Part shown: in pieces, positions 10,129 to 23,460 of the stretch
Position numbering within the stretch: the stretch's first letter is position 1
Layout of the letters: every line of letters begins with the position of its first letter
NCBI RefSeq assembly: GCF_009834535.1
Contig: NC_045696.1
Location: forward strand, 1,924,001-1,988,000
Direction of reading: 5' to 3'
From: Camelus ferus
Taxonomy: Eukaryota
Length of the DNA stretch: 64,000 bases
Notes under the pieces: model-generated
Told to the model about the DNA's origin: nothing
The model's input: the letters and a program-made list of their open reading frames with translations, nothing else
Databases searched by the model: none
Position numbers and translations under genes: made by a program

Positions 10129-12483
10129 ACCTCCAAATTTGAAAAAGAAAGCCACTTCCTGGGACTCCAAGTAGACCATTTGGGGAGAAAGAGAGTTCAG
10201 TCACCGTGTGGATTCAGCATGTCCTCTCTGGGGGCAGGTGGGAACGGGGCGGGGAAGGCGGGGAGAGGGTTGGGCCAGCCAGGACCAGGGGCTGAGGACG
10301 GGGAAATCTGCACCTTGTGCCTCGGAGGACAGCGACATCCACCAACTGGGGAGAGGTGGTTTATAAGCCGTCACCTAATGATGGAATAAACCCAAGAACC
10401 CCTCAGCGTCTCTGACAAAATAAAGCATCAAGCAAAAACTAGTGGAAACGTATTACAACAAAGGGCGCTGGAGGAGCCGTTAACCCCCCAGATCTGGGAA
10501 AGGCCACTGGCTGTAGATGAGAGACCCACAGTCAAGGGACCCCGTGGTCAGAGGGGGACCTTATGGGCAGAGGGGGACCCGCCGTGCACTGAGGAAGGGA
10601 TTATCCTGGACTGTTTTTCAGTAGGAAGAGTCAGGACACTGAATCAGAATGAGTGACTTTGGCACTCAAGAGGCATTCCTGGAGGGACTTCCTTGAGGTG
10701 GCTGCTGGCTTGCATCCTGGCCTGGCAGTGGACTTGCGCCACCCTTCTCGGGGACCGTGGCCTCTCCACGGAGGGAGTGGGTGCTGTGTGGGCATATGCT
10801 CTGGGCAGGGTCTGGGCTTCGGGGTCGACAGACGGGGGGTCATGGGGGGAGGGTGCCTGAACCAGGCTTTGACCATCACACACACCCACGTGGGCCAGAG
10901 GCGTCCCTGACAACCGGCGGCCCACAGTCCTAGAGAATCAGAATAAAACTCAGCCCCAGGGGAGGCCAAGAAACAGACTTAATTACCTACCTCCCGGACT
11001 TCCTGTCTGCCTTTGACGCCTAACAAGGGAAGTGCCACTTTCACAGTCAAGAAGCCACGTCGGAAAGGATCCTCTGACGCATGCAGGCTTCCCAGAGCTA
11101 ACCTGGCTCTCCTTCCAGAACCCGGAGAATTGGGGGTGCTCCCTGGTTCCCGAGAGGAGTGAGGGCAGCTCACACTGGGGGCCAGGGCCTGAGACGGGCG
11201 GCCAGTTCTCTCCACCAGGGGCAGAGCCACACTCCGCCCGCCCGCCTGCCCTGTGAGGGTTCAGTGAGGACAAATGACAAAAAACATACAATGCTCAGGA
11301 AATAACAGGATGCTGCTAGGGTGTCAGGTCTGCAGTTGTGACCGTGCGGTCCTCCTCCCCTCCAGGGGCCAGGCCAGCAGTCTGTAGGGGCAGCACCGTC
11401 ACACAGTGGAACGCGCTTCCCTGGGGAAGGGGTACGTATCAGGAGCCTGTCGTCCCCAGTGTCCCGCTGGCCTTGGGCTGGGCTATGACAGCCCCACCCT
11501 GGGGTAGAGGCAGGTGAGGAGGGACCTCCAGGCCCAGCTCCAGAGGCAGATCCTCTGGTCAGGGCTGGGGGGCGGCCAGCCTGCCAGCTGGGCTCACTCC
11601 ACGCGTGCAGCTCAGATCCTGTGCCCGGCTTGCCAGTTCCAGCTCTGTGCCATCTCGACTGTGCTCCAGAGAGGCTGCAGAGTGTCTGACCAGCCAGTGG
11701 GAACGTCACATCCGTCCCGGAACTGGGCCTGGGGCTGTCCCCTGGGGCTGCACCCTGGGCCTGGCCTGAGGGGCAGCCTGTCGGGAGTGCAGCCTGGGCG
11801 CTCCATGGTCCATCCCTCAGGCCACAGGGCCCCCGAAGCCCCGAGCCGGTCAGCAGGTAAGGATTACCAGACCACCTGCCGACGCGCGCCCCGTGGCAGG
11901 TGGGTCAGGGAGGCACACGCAGGCGCAAGGCAGACACAGAGGTTCAGGTTTAGACAGAAACCACAGCTGACCGAAGGGTGTGATTAGCTGTGGACACAAA
12001 CTAGTTTTTAAACTGCTTCTATCAAACTCCAGAACACCTGCAGTTTTTTCTGAAACAATTCCAGAATAGCCAGACTCACTCCACTGACTCTCCAGCCAGC
12101 CTCCTGATCGCATGCCATGCGGAAGCCTCCGGGCTCCTTTATTCGGACAAGAGCGCGTAGGGGGGCCTTGGGTCCCCGGGCCCCGCCCCCTTCCTCCATC
12201 GGGACTCAGCCAGTGGGGGTGGTGGGAGGGGCAGGGAGGAGAGGGACCGGCATCTCCCCCACTCCCTTCGAGAGGAGCGTCTGGCTGTGTCCTGGTCCAG
12301 ACCTTGATGAGGTGGTGGCCCTGCTGCAGGTGCTCAGCCGCTGGGCTGAGCCGCTCACGTCTGTCTCAGTGAGCGCAGATCCCGGACCTTGAAACCCGAG
12401 CGCTCCTGCGTTCCACCCTGTGTGTCTTCCTGGAGCCTCACGGTGACTAGGGAGCATTTGCAGGGCAGCTTCCTAATAACATG

Positions 12484-12578
12484 TCACGCAAGTGGGACAC
12501 GCGTGATGGCTGCTTCCCAGGGAGGAAGCCATCACGCAAGTGGGACTCGCGTGATGGCTGCTTCCCAGGGAGGAAGCC
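12484..12578. repeat. 48-bp tandem duplication with internal inverted repeats
   Basis: tcacgcaagtgggacWcgcgtgatggctgcttcccagggaggaagcc starts at 12484 and 12532. Confidence 0.92.
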
Positions 12579-15083
12579 GAGCGCCACCCCCGCCTCCATT
12601 GCACCGCTGACGGCGGATCCTTCCGGTCCCATATCCCAGCCCCTTCCTCCGTGCCCAAGAGGTCCCCGCTGCACCACCGGGGCTCCTGGGTGACCCCCAG
12701 TGGGTTTGATGACAGACACACACCTCAGGTCACCTTGGGACTTTCTGGGAACTTTCAGCAAAGCTCCTCACCAGGCCCATTGTGTCCAAAGGCCTGGGAT
12801 GGGCCCCCGCTGAGCATCCCTGCTGCTAGTGCCTCTGAGATTGGGGAGCTGGCCAATCAGAGCTGCAGAACCAGGTCTTGCCTCCTGATTTTACTGAAAG
12901 AAGACCAGCCCCAGGGGCTTTGCGACCAAGGCAGTGACTGAGCCGGGCCCACGGGCAGGGCTGCGCCCAGCAAAGACCAGCAGGACACCTGGATGCAAAG
13001 TTGAAGGTGGGCTCAACCCATGGGCTGAGGCCCTGCCTTCCCCCTGCAGCTGGGCTCTCTGGGCACCACCAGACCCTGGGAAGTGGGAAACAGTGGTTAA
13101 ATATTCAGGAATTTTGCAGCCAGCTGTGAGAGCTGTCAACTGCCGTGGGAAAGACAGGGCGTTCACTCGTCAGGGCTGGGGGCAGGTAAGCTCCCTGCTC
13201 TCTCTTGCCCGCTCCTAGCACAGGACCTTCCCTGAATTATTTAATCTGTTCTTGCATTTTCTGTCCTAATGTCCTACCTGGCAAAGTGCTGTTCTGTCCA
13301 AAAAAATCCCCAGTACAAATTGGCCCAGGGTACTTTCTCTAAATAACCACCCTCCACCTGGGGCCCAACGTTTCTTTGCCAAATCCAGGAACATTGTCAG
13401 TGTCTTTTTCTTCTTCTTAATGACCGTTGAGTGACTGCTTTCCACCGGACCGCCTGAGCGCTGCCCTGGGGACAGCCGCAGCCCCTCGCTCACAGCTCCT
13501 CCCGGGGACATCCCCACAGGTGGCATCATCTGCTCGAGAAATGGTCCTTGACTCCTGGACACGTCACTTTTGTGGCTTGATCTGCAGCAGCTCCTTTTGA
13601 TAAAGGGGGTTTCCATCAGTTTGTTAAAAAAGTTTTGTTTTTAACGGCCTCTATTTTTGACACAGTTTTATCAGCTGAGGCCCCAAGTTCTTCTTGGGAG
13701 GTCCGTGATCCAGGACCTTCCTCTGCTCCTGCGGTGTTCCACTGCAGCCTCTGGGCGCCACGCAGGTGCTGGTTCTGCTCACTCATCCAGCATTCACTCC
13801 TTGAACGCTGGCTTCCGCCTCTGAGAGGGGACCGTGTTCCCTAAGTGCCCAGTCGGGGCGGGAACTGCTCCCGGCACCCAGGACGTGGGTGAGCGGCACA
13901 GGAGCCAGGCAGAGAGGGTGATGTCAGAGAGATGAGGGTCTGGAAGAGCATGAAGGAGGGGTGGGGTCGAGGGGCCTGTCTGTGTCCCACAGAGGCTTCT
14001 GAGGTGGTGATGTGTGTCCAGACCTTCCTCCGTGTATCCCCCACTCCCTCACTCACTCACTCATCCATTCTGGGCACCTGGACGCCCACGCAACCACAGA
14101 GGAGCAGTGACTGCTGAGAGGTGACACCGGTTGAGTCATCCATCATCTCCTGAAGGAGTGCCCTGGGCCAGCGCCGGGGCTGACTGCTGGCCGCGAAGCC
14201 AGGAATGTTCCTCCCATGGTGATCTGGGAGGCCTGCAGAGGCGCGGGCTTTGGAGAGGAGGGTGACTGCGGAGGGCCTGGCCTTGCCCAGTAGTGAGCTG
14301 GGGGCCCCACTGACCCACAGCCCAATATAAGGGGTGGCCCAGCTTGTCTTGAGGTTGGCGGACTTCTTTGGAGCCATCAGGACATGCTCACTCACTGAAG
14401 TGGTGACTGTCCCTGGTTCCCTCCAGTGTTCCCGTCCTCTGTCGTTTTGCCAGAATCCTCAGCCCACTGCTCAAGGAGGGCTCTTCCTGCCAGGAGGTCC
14501 TGGGTCACCCAGCGCCAGGCGGAGTGCTTCCTGGTGCCCAACCATCTCCGGGGAAGGGGTGTTGCCTCCCACAGCACAACCTGTCTGTACAGGCTCCAGG
14601 TCCCTGGGGTGTTCTGGCACTGGCAGTCGGGCGAGGGCGGCATGTGGTTGGGTCGGAGGGCACTGCCAAGGCAAGCAGGGTGGGAGGTGCCCACCCTCTC
14701 CTGACCCCCTCACCAGCTGTTGGAAAGGTCTCAAATCTCAGGTTCTTAGCATCGGAAAGGCCTGCCTGCCCGGAGGGCTGGGGTTAACCGCTGTTGGTGG
14801 GCGGGGGTGGGGGTGTTAGGGCAGCTCTGAGTCTATGGTCTGGTTTCCCCTGGTGGGTGGAGGGAAGAGGGAGGAGGGAGCCCTGAGCCTCTCCCAGGCT
14901 GCACAGGAGCCTGAGAAACCTTCCAGAATCTGCTCCCAGACCATGACTCCTGATGTGATCTGACGTAATCTGATGTAGCCAGTGCCCTGGGCTTCAGCTA
15001 CAGAAAGGCCTGGAAATGACCTGTCAGTGACCTTGGCTCTCAGAGGTCCCAGGAACCACATTAGTTGACCACGTGCAAGTGGT

Positions 15084-15352
15084 GGGGTCCTGCTCTGTCG
15101 TCCTGACCCCCGCCCCCGGGGCCCGTCTCTGTGGTCCTGACCCCCACAAGAAATCTGCTCTGCGGTTTTGACCCCTTGGGGCCCTGATCTGTAGTTCTGA
15201 CCACCCCCAGGGGCCCGTCTCTGTGGTCCTGACTGCCCCCTCGGGGCCTGTATCTGTGGTCCTGACTGCCCCCGGGGCCCGTCTCTGTGGTCCAGCCCCT
15301 TTTCAGGGCCTGTCTCTGTGGTCCTGACCCCCCTTCAGGCCTATCTCCGTGG
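15084..15352. repeat. Degenerate minisatellite, ~31-34 bp unit gggcccgtctctgtggtcctgacccc, about 9 copies
   Basis: Directly visible imperfect tandem repeats. Confidence 0.85.
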
Positions 15353-17784
15353 TGATGGAAGAAGTTTTTTTCTGACCTGGAGACGTGTAAGAAAGCAAGA
15401 TTTAGAATCCTGTGCCTGGGCCCAAGGCATTTGCACCTGTGTGAACAGGAAGAGGGCCCAGGACAACCTCTGGGCCAACCCCCCGTGGCTGGGCCTTTAT
15501 CCTGGCCGCCCTGGTCCATCCTCACACACCTTCCAGCAACACAGCTGTGCTATGGGCTCCCACCTCAAACCTGCTGGTCTCTGGGCCACCTGCAGAACGA
15601 GCCGGACTCTCGGGCCCCCTGCACCCCCTCTGCAGGGGCTCAGGCCGTCCCTGGCCCCCACCAGCGCCTGGTCCCACCTACCCCAGGCTTCCCACCAAGG
15701 TGTCCCTTCCCTGTCCTGCCTCTCATCCCCTCCTGTGCCTGCCCGGCTCCAAAGCCCCGTCGTCCAGACAGAGCCTGCCCCGCCGCTCCAGTGGGGACTG
15801 ATGTGATGATCCCATCTCCTCCGCAGGAGGCACAATGACAGTTTGGGCCCCGCGGGTCACCCAGGCCTGGCATTCCCCGTGGGACTCTGACTGAGCCGGG
15901 CTGCACCCAGTGAAGTGGGCACTGACAGCATTGCCCGCTGTGGTCCCCTCAGAGGCTGTGCGTGCCAGGAAGGAGGGAGGGAAGCCCCCCAGCAGGGCCG
16001 GGAGCAGCTTGTCCAGGGGAGGGGTGCAGAGGGACCACACAGAGGCAGACGCGGACGGCAGGCCCCCCGGGCAGGGCTGGGAAGAGAGAACAGTGGGGTA
16101 GTGGGGGATGTGCTGCAGAGGCTGGTCATAGCCCGGGGCGGGGGGTGGGGGGAGTGGGAGCGGCCACTTCACAGACTGAACGGCAGACACCAGTGATGTC
16201 AGCAAGCCCAGCCCAGCCCGAGGAAGTCAGCACAGCTCTGTCCAGAGCGGGACCCCCCACTCAGCACCATGGACGCTTGGGGCCCAGTCACTCTGATACT
16301 TCCCGGCCCCGCCCACTGTTTGGTGACAGCATCTGCCACAGGAATGACAACCCAGAAATGTCTGCAGACGTCGCAGGTCAAAACCGCAGCAGGTGAGAAC
16401 TCGGATGTTGGCCAAGCCGCGTCCCCACACAACAGCCTTGTCCGGGCTGCCTGCCCTCGAGGGTCTGGGTCACCAGGCGGGCCACCGGTGGGGGTGATGC
16501 TGTTTACGCTCTGCGCGGAGCAGACACACCTGCCCTTCAAGACAGCTTCGGGGCGAAGCCCCTACCAATGAACAAGTGAGAGAAAGGGGAGCACGAGCAG
16601 GAGGCATCGCCCGGCCCTCTGCCTCCCTGGCCCCGAGGTGAGGTCGCGCCCAACCTTGGAAAACCCCTCCAGAAAGCCTAGGGCAAGAGCAGGTGTGAGT
16701 TCACGCCCGGGAAGAACCAGAAGCAGCGGTGACGCATCAACGCCTGGGCAGCCACCTGGAACACCGGGAACGAGCCCTGCGCAGGTGGGGGCTGGGCGCA
16801 GAGCAGGGACGCGGGGCTGGGCCCCTGTGACCGGGGCCCCGCGCTGGCCCAGCACAGGGCCAGCCCCAGGAGAGGGCAAAGGTCACAAGTGGCCTCCGGC
16901 CCCGAGTGACCCTGAGCCCCGCCTACCACCGAGGCCCGCAGGAGTTACTAGTGCTGCTCTTGCTGATGGCAGCGGCCTGGGCCGCAGGAGCCGGCGGCTG
17001 AGTGCTGGGGGACGGGGTGGGGGAGGGGGAGGGGTGCAGCAAGAGAGGGCAGCTGGTGGCGGCTTGGCGCCCAGCTGTAGTGCGCTCGGCCCGGGCTGAC
17101 CAGATGCCCCAGCTGATGTCCCCACATTGCCACCAGGGACACAGACCTGCCGGCGGCCCTCAGTGCTGCCCTGGGGCCAATGATGCACCCCCTCCTGCCA
17201 GGCTGCCACATTAGGAGGCCAGCCCCTTCCCACTGAGCCGGCCCCTGACCCCTGTCCCCCACAGCCGTTTCCTGAGGCTCCCGTGTGTGTCTCCTCCTCG
17301 GGGGCCGAGGTCCGGGGCCTCAGCAAACCTAAGCAGACCTGCTGGGGTTATTTCCTTCTGGTTCCAGAGCTGACGTGCCTTGCAGGGTTAAAGCCACTCT
17401 GACTTAGTTTTCCTTTTCTTAAATCACGAATCAAGGGTGGAGCAGGTGCTCAGATCAGCAGCTAAGAGATGCATCTTACATCCAGAAGCTTCTGTCTGGC
17501 CATCTCTCAATCATCCACGTTAAAAGACAGCCTTCAAAAAGAGGCCAAATCATGGCTCTGAAGCAGACAGACAATAAATGCATATTGACGATTTTATTAA
17601 ACTCGTATTTAGTGGGGGAGCTGGTAAGATGTTCCAGCCAGGTCAAAAGAGAGTGAAAAAGCATAAATTTACAGGGAGAAAAGGAATAGATGGAGCTGGC
17701 TGGTCCACGGTTGGGCAGAGGGAAGTCAGCCTTGCTCCCGCCCCCACTCTCCAGCAGAATTCATCTACATCCCAGCCAGTCTCC

Positions 17785-18190
17785 TGAGACACAGACTGGG
17801 AGGCTTAAAGCAGCAGAGATTTCCCCTCCCACAGTTCCCGAGACCAGAGTCCTCTCCAGGTGTCCCAGGTTTGATTCCTTCTGGAGGCTCCGGAGAGGCT
17901 CCTTCCTTACCAGCAGTCCTGGGGCTGCTCGTCTCGTAAATCCATCACTCCACTCGCTGCCTCCTTCTTCCCATGGCTTCTCCTCTGTCCAGGTGCCTCA
18001 CATCTCCTCTCCTTTCTCTTACGAACACACCAGTCACTGGCTTCAGGGTCCACCCTAAATCTAGGGTGCTCTTACCCAAAAAGCCTTACCTTGATGACAT
18101 CTGCAGAGACCTGTCTCATTAGGTCACATGCATGGGAACCAGGCGTGAGCACCTGGACGTGTCTCTGGGGGCACCATTCAACCCACTGTC
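17785..18190 (-). mobile_element. MaLR LTR fragment (MLT1 family)
   Basis: cacagactgggaggcttaaagcagcagagattt...caccagtcactggcttcagggtccaccctaaat...accattcaacccact. Confidence 0.8.
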
Positions 18191-19901
18191 CATAAATAAG
18201 ACTTACCTGGATTGCTATCGTTTACCTAACATTTACAGAGTGTAAACGTGCAAGAGAGTAGACTCGAAAGCCCCAGGAGGAGCTGGGGACGGCCCCTCGT
18301 CTTTGAATCGTTGCTGCTTGCTCCGGATTGCCTTACACTCAGTCCTCAAAATTGTGTCTAGGCTCTCAGAATGACAGACATGTCTTTTTATGCCCATTGG
18401 CCACTGGGTGCTGTAGGCACTGGACCTGGTGGAACTGGGGGACCTAGGGGACCTGGTAAGCTGTGCTGTGGACAGGGGATCTGCGGCCCATGGGGCCCAC
18501 CTGGAAAGCCCAAACCACCACCACACAACCCCAATCTTCTGCCCTCTCCTCCTTGCCTCCCGCAGTTCCTTCTGCTACCAGAGGGCCTGCCTGCCTCAGG
18601 GCCTTTGCGCATGCTGCTCTCCTAATGGGCTCCTCTCCAGGGGTCGGCAGGCACTGCCCCTCTTCAGTTGGTTTCTGTTCAGAGGAGCCCCCTGCACCTG
18701 CTCTCCCAGCCCCACTGCACTCTGCGCCACACGCTGCGAATCTGCCTCAGGCCGTGAGCTCTGGACTCCGTCCTCTCTACCCTGCATCCCCAGCACCCAG
18801 AACTGCACCTGCCCTATAGCCATCACTGCCAGCACCTGTCCAAGGATGAGGGCCTGCCCTCGCTGCCGGCCTGGGAGGAAAGTGGCTCCCTCCTGGCCTC
18901 CCCCGACCCCCGCCCAGCTCCATCTCCTCATACTTGGTCTGCGCCGGCCCAGGTGGAATGGTACCTGGGTCCCCTCTACCTCCTGGCTCGGAACACAGAG
19001 CCCGGCAGGGGGCTGCCTCCCTTTCACGGCCAGGGCTGAAGGATGGGGTGAAGGAGGGAATGACCACCTATTTACAGGGAACAAGGAACCAGGCTGGACG
19101 GGAGGCGTCGGGTGGGCGGAGCAGGCCCCCAGGGAGGGAGGCAGTGGGCTCACAGAGAAGGACGACAGGCGCCTTCTGTCCCGCAGGGGCTGCGGAGTCA
19201 GAGCCCACTGCCCACGCTGTGCTCAGGCCCCAGGGCGGGATGCGGGCCCCGGGGCAGGAGGGAATCGGGTGGTCCTGGCCTGTCCCTGGGGGCCACCTGG
19301 AGCCCTGCTTCTGTGGGAGCCGTGCCTGAAGCCTCTTCCACGGTCCAGGTGGGACGGGCACTCCGTCAGTGCAGGCTCAGGGAGGGCCATGGACAGAAGC
19401 AGACTGGGGTCCCCAGGGACATTCCAGGTGCTTTCAGGAGACCCATCCACGTTTCTCTGCCCCCTACACGCACAGGGACTCAGAAAGCCCCACAGACGGG
19501 GTCACGGGGGTTGCTTTCCAGAGAAGCAGGTCCCAAGTCTACACTTGGACCATGTCCCTCCAAATACATGGCTCCCGGCAAAGCAAACAGAGCCAGACCA
19601 GGCGCTGCAGCATGTCCTCTGTCCTCCGGCCCGACTCGAGCCCTTGCAACCGACTCGCCCTGGTGGGCAAATGCCTGTCCTCCCGCCCCTCCGCGCATTT
19701 TCAGTTGGGGGGCCTTCCCCGCCTGGCCCGGGGACGCAGTGGGCAGGGGGACCCCGCCCCTGTCCCCTGGCAGCCCACCACCCCTCCTCCTCCAGGAAAG
19801 CCCCTCAGCCTACAGGTGCCCTAACACGGGGCATCAGGTCACCTGCTAGGCCTCAGCCAGAGGGAGGGGGTTGGGCCCCTATTTTCAAGAACTGCTGCGC
19901 A

Positions 19902-20032
19902 GGGAGCAGTATAGCTCAAGCGGCAGAACACATGCTTAGTGTTCATGAGGCCCTGGGTTCAGCCCCCGGTACCTCCTCTAAAATAAATAAATAAGCCTAA
20001 TTACCTCCCCTCAACAACAAAAGAAAAAAAAA
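19902..20032 (+). mobile_element. tRNA-derived SINE (camelid Vic-1-like)
   Basis: A-box tatagctcaagcgg, B-box gggttcagccccc, A-rich tail. Degenerate TSD aactgctgcgcagg / aattgctgtgcagg. Confidence 0.88.
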
Positions 20033-20399
20033 TTGCTGTGCAGGAACCCAAGGGGCCTGGGAGGGGGACTGTGGCTCTGAGACCCCGGGATGGGAGGGGA
20101 GAGCTCAGGAGGATGGGGGGCGGCTCTGCAGGGCACTCGGGAAACACGGGGGCCCAGTCCCTGGCAAGCAGGCAGGTGCAGGTGTATTTGCAGCCCAAGG
20201 AGTAAGGCCACCACACTGAGGAGTGAGGAGGCAGAGGAGGCCCTAAATGGGGTGCGCCCACACTCGGAGGCAGGGAGGAGCATCAGCAGGGGTCTGCGCC
20301 GGGCGGCCCATCTGGGTGGCTCTGAGAGCGGGACCCTCTCTTCGCTGTGCTCGGTGTGTTTCCGGGAGGCCACCTCCTGGCCACAAGGATCCACTTAAG

Positions 20400-21700
20400 T
20401 GCCCCCCAAAATGAACAACAATAATAACAGCCCCCACTAGATGCATTACTGTGAACTTCAGAATATCAAGGGGGGAAAGGAGGTCCTGAAAGATCTTTGA
20501 GGAACAAAATACCTGTCACCCACGGAGGAGTGAGGACTGACTGTCTGCAGCTGGAGGTGCAGGGGTCGGCAGAGTGGTCCATCCAGATGCTGCTGGGGGT
20601 TACTTTTGCTGAGAATTCACTCACTGACCAAACGGTCGGTCAAGTGCGAAAGTGGCTAAGGCTGTTTTCAGACACGTAAAAGCCCAGAAAACACACTGCC
20701 CACACACCCTTTCTTAGGACACTACTTTAGCAAAATGAGGAGATTAAACCAAGAAAGAAAAAGACGTGGGTCCCTGAAGCAGTCTCTCCAGCTCATGGGG
20801 ACAGTGTTGGGAAAGCCAGGACAGTCCCTCTGAGCAGGTGTGGAGAGCAGCCAGTTCAACGCGGAGCAGGAGGATGGAGGGCTCTGGAAGGAAGTCCCTG
20901 GGGATGGGAAAGGATCCCTGATACTGTGGGTTGAGTTGTGTCCTCCAGGGAGAAATGTGCAAGCCCTGCCCCCGGTAGCGTGAAGGTGACTGTATTTGGA
21001 AATAGCGTCTTTGCAGATGTGATCCAATTAAGGGGCGGCAACACAGGGCCAGAGCGGGCCCTCACCCGGTATGACCGGTGTCCTTATAAGAAGAGGAGAG
21101 ACAAACAGACAGAGAGAGATGACCATGTGACGAGGAAGGCAGAGATCGAGCTGATGTGGCTTCCAGCCAAGGAAATCCAAGGACTGCTGGCAACTGTCAG
21201 AAACTGCAAAAAACAAGGAAGGATCCTCCCTCAGCATTGTTGCAAAGAGAGCACGGCCCTGCTGGCACCTTGATGTTGGACTTCCTGCCCCCTGAACTGT
21301 GAAAGAATAAATTTCTGTTGTTTTAAGCCATGCCACTTTGTGGCCCTTGAGTACATAGCCAGAGGAAACCAATGCACCTGACGTGAGGGAGAGTTGGGGG
21401 AAAATGAGGGTATGATTAAAACAGTGTAAGGGAAAAAAACAAAGGCATGTGGAAAGGCCAGGAAAAACATAAAGCAGTATCGGGAAAGATGTGTGACAGC
21501 GTACACCACTGGCCTTTGCTATAAGCAATATTTCTTCAATCAAAATAACACAAACATTGTTTATAAATTAAAAATCATGATATTGAGAGGATGGGGAGGA
21601 GAAATTAGGATGCAAAAGAGCTAAAATCCAATCATTCATAGCAAGAAGCCAGCAAATAAGGTCTAAAAACAGTAAACCAAGAAGTAGCCACATGAACCTG
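20400..21700 (+). mobile_element. Ancient L1M fragments interrupted by an MLT1 LTR
   Basis: A-rich, purine-biased decayed sequence resembling L1 ORF1/inter-ORF on both sides of the LTR. Confidence 0.45.
20925..21378 (+). mobile_element. MaLR solo LTR (MLT1C-like)
   Basis: tgtgggttgagttgtgtcc...gtgactgtatttggaaatagcgtctttgcagatgt...gaataaatttctgttgttttaagcca...ggaaaccaatgca. Confidence 0.88.
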
Positions 21701-22519
21701 GGTTTCCCTCTCTGTGGTGGCCACCCCTCCCCTGCTGCCCTCCCTCCCCATCCTGTTGACTGGCGGTGTGGGCTACGCCATGGCTGACCCTCGGGGGTCC
21801 CTGTCGTCAAAAAGTCATACCATGAAAAGAAAAAATGACATTGACTGTCTCAGACCACAAATAAGGTGTTTATACTGCTTCTCAGTGAATGGGCCAGGAG
21901 CACATGGCAGCTGTATTTCCATTTGGCCAGTAAGAGAATCAGTTCCGTCCAAGTTTGTACATGGATTCTTCCTGGCAGAGATATTTCATAGAAAAGAATA
22001 AAAGATGGTTAGATGATTGCCGTTAGACTAAATTTTAGGTAAATATATACATAAAAGCCTCCCAGAAGGTCGGGGGGGCCTTCCGTTCCAGAGTAGGCCA
22101 GTGGTTTGGATGTGAGAATTTTTTTTGGTTTTAAGTAGGAGAAGGAACTGCAGCAAGAAAGGAGGACGCCCGAGCTCTTTCCCAAGGCAGTGTCTCCTCT
22201 GCAAGATTGCAGTATTTGTCTTAGAAACCATCCTGGGTTAATTTTTGTTTTCTTGTAAGAAGCAGCAGGAATGGTAACAATTAGACCCCATCACCACAAA
22301 GAACAGCATTCCAAGGGAATTTCACATTTTGGGGAAAAAAAAGTGGAACTTTGGTTTACTTTGCTCCGTCCTGTAAACAGTCTCAGGCCTTGGTGCTGAG
22401 TACAGGGCCCACAGCTGTGAGTGGGACGCTGGCCCACCTGGGGTAGCACCGTGAAGAATGGGGATCCCGAGAGGTTTAGAGAGAATGGGCATGTTCCAGG
22501 CCTGAGTGCCTCTTCGAGG

Positions 22520-22845
22520 TGCCACGCCCGGCAGCTCCTCGGAGTTCAGACTCAGGGTGCAGAGCAGCCTGCGTCGTGCTGGTTTCGCTGGGGGCTCCCT
22601 GAAGCCCAGTGACGTGGGGGCAGAAGGGGAGGCAAGCGGGGCTGCTCCTTCCCCTGACCCCCCGCCCCGCCGCGAGCCGACGCCCAGGGCCCGGGTCCCC
22701 TCCCGCAGGGACCGCGCCGCCACAGCGGGAGCCAGCCGGAGCCCGTTCTCCTGGGACACTCGGGGCCGGCGGCCGGGTTCGGATGGCTGTGCTCACAGCC
22801 ACCAGCTAGAGCGGGCGCCGGAGCCTCCTTAACCACACGGCTCGA
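22520..22845. promoter_or_regulatory. Small intergenic CpG-rich patch
   Basis: High CpG density with GC boxes (ccccgccccgcc) and no associated coding exon. Confidence 0.5.
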
Positions 22846-23087
22846 ATGAAAGTCCTCTTACTCTTCCAAGTGGCAAAATAAACATGCGTGTCAAGGTTCT
22901 GGACCAAGGCCACCCGTCTGTTAAGACGGATTTGCAGCTGTTTGTTGCTACTTATGAAATAATTGCGTCTTGTTTTGAATGTGGCTTTTCTTAAATGCGG
23001 TCTTGTTATGTGAGTTTTTGCAGCCGCTCCACGGATGTCTCCAGTCTCACGCTGCTTAAACGTGTTTTATGGTTATTTGGAGAACAG

Positions 23088-23460
23088 TTGTGCATGAGTT
23101 TGCTAGTAAGTGACCACAACCGAGCGGCTTAAAACTACGCCAATCTATTATCTTGGAGTTAGGAGGTCAGAAGCCCTAAATCGAGCTCGGTGTGCGGCCA
23201 GGGCTGCTTTCTCTCTGGCGGCCTCCTCGGCTTCCTCCTCCGCCTTTCAAGGGCGGCACCACGTCTCCTGCCCCCTCTGGCCTCTGCTTCCATGGCCACT
23301 TCTCTCTCCGACCTTTCTGCCTTCTGAGGATAACCTCCCTTCTCAAGACCTTTACTTTAATCCCATCTGCAAAGTCCCTTTCACCCTCTCAGATGACATA
23401 ATCCCAGATCCCAGAGATGAAGGTGCGAATCCCTGGGGACTGATGTTTGGCTTCCACAAC
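23088..23460 (-). mobile_element. MaLR LTR fragment (MLT1)
   Basis: accacaaccgagcggcttaaaac...aggaggtcagaagccc...aatcccatctgcaaagtccctt. Confidence 0.75.

Larger units (their letters stand above)
4236..10150 (+). other. ICOSLG: Putative long 3' UTR of ICOSLG
   Basis: Follows the stop codon. The first AATAAA I found downstream is at 10123, in a U-rich context. The 3' end is inferred. Confidence 0.6.

Noticed and set aside
18400..18460. Collagen-like GPLGPPVPPGPV on the - strand
   Set aside because: At most four triplets, one broken, with no exon structure. Probably chance.
19902..19975. Possible tRNA gene (A and B boxes)
   Set aside because: Head of a tRNA-derived SINE with an A tail and TSD; three related copies occur in the window.
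18429..19994. 521-aa ORF, the longest in the track
   Set aside because: Non-ATG start, low-complexity Pro/Gly/Arg/Cys composition, no recognisable domain, and it ends inside a SINE. Expected in GC-rich DNA.
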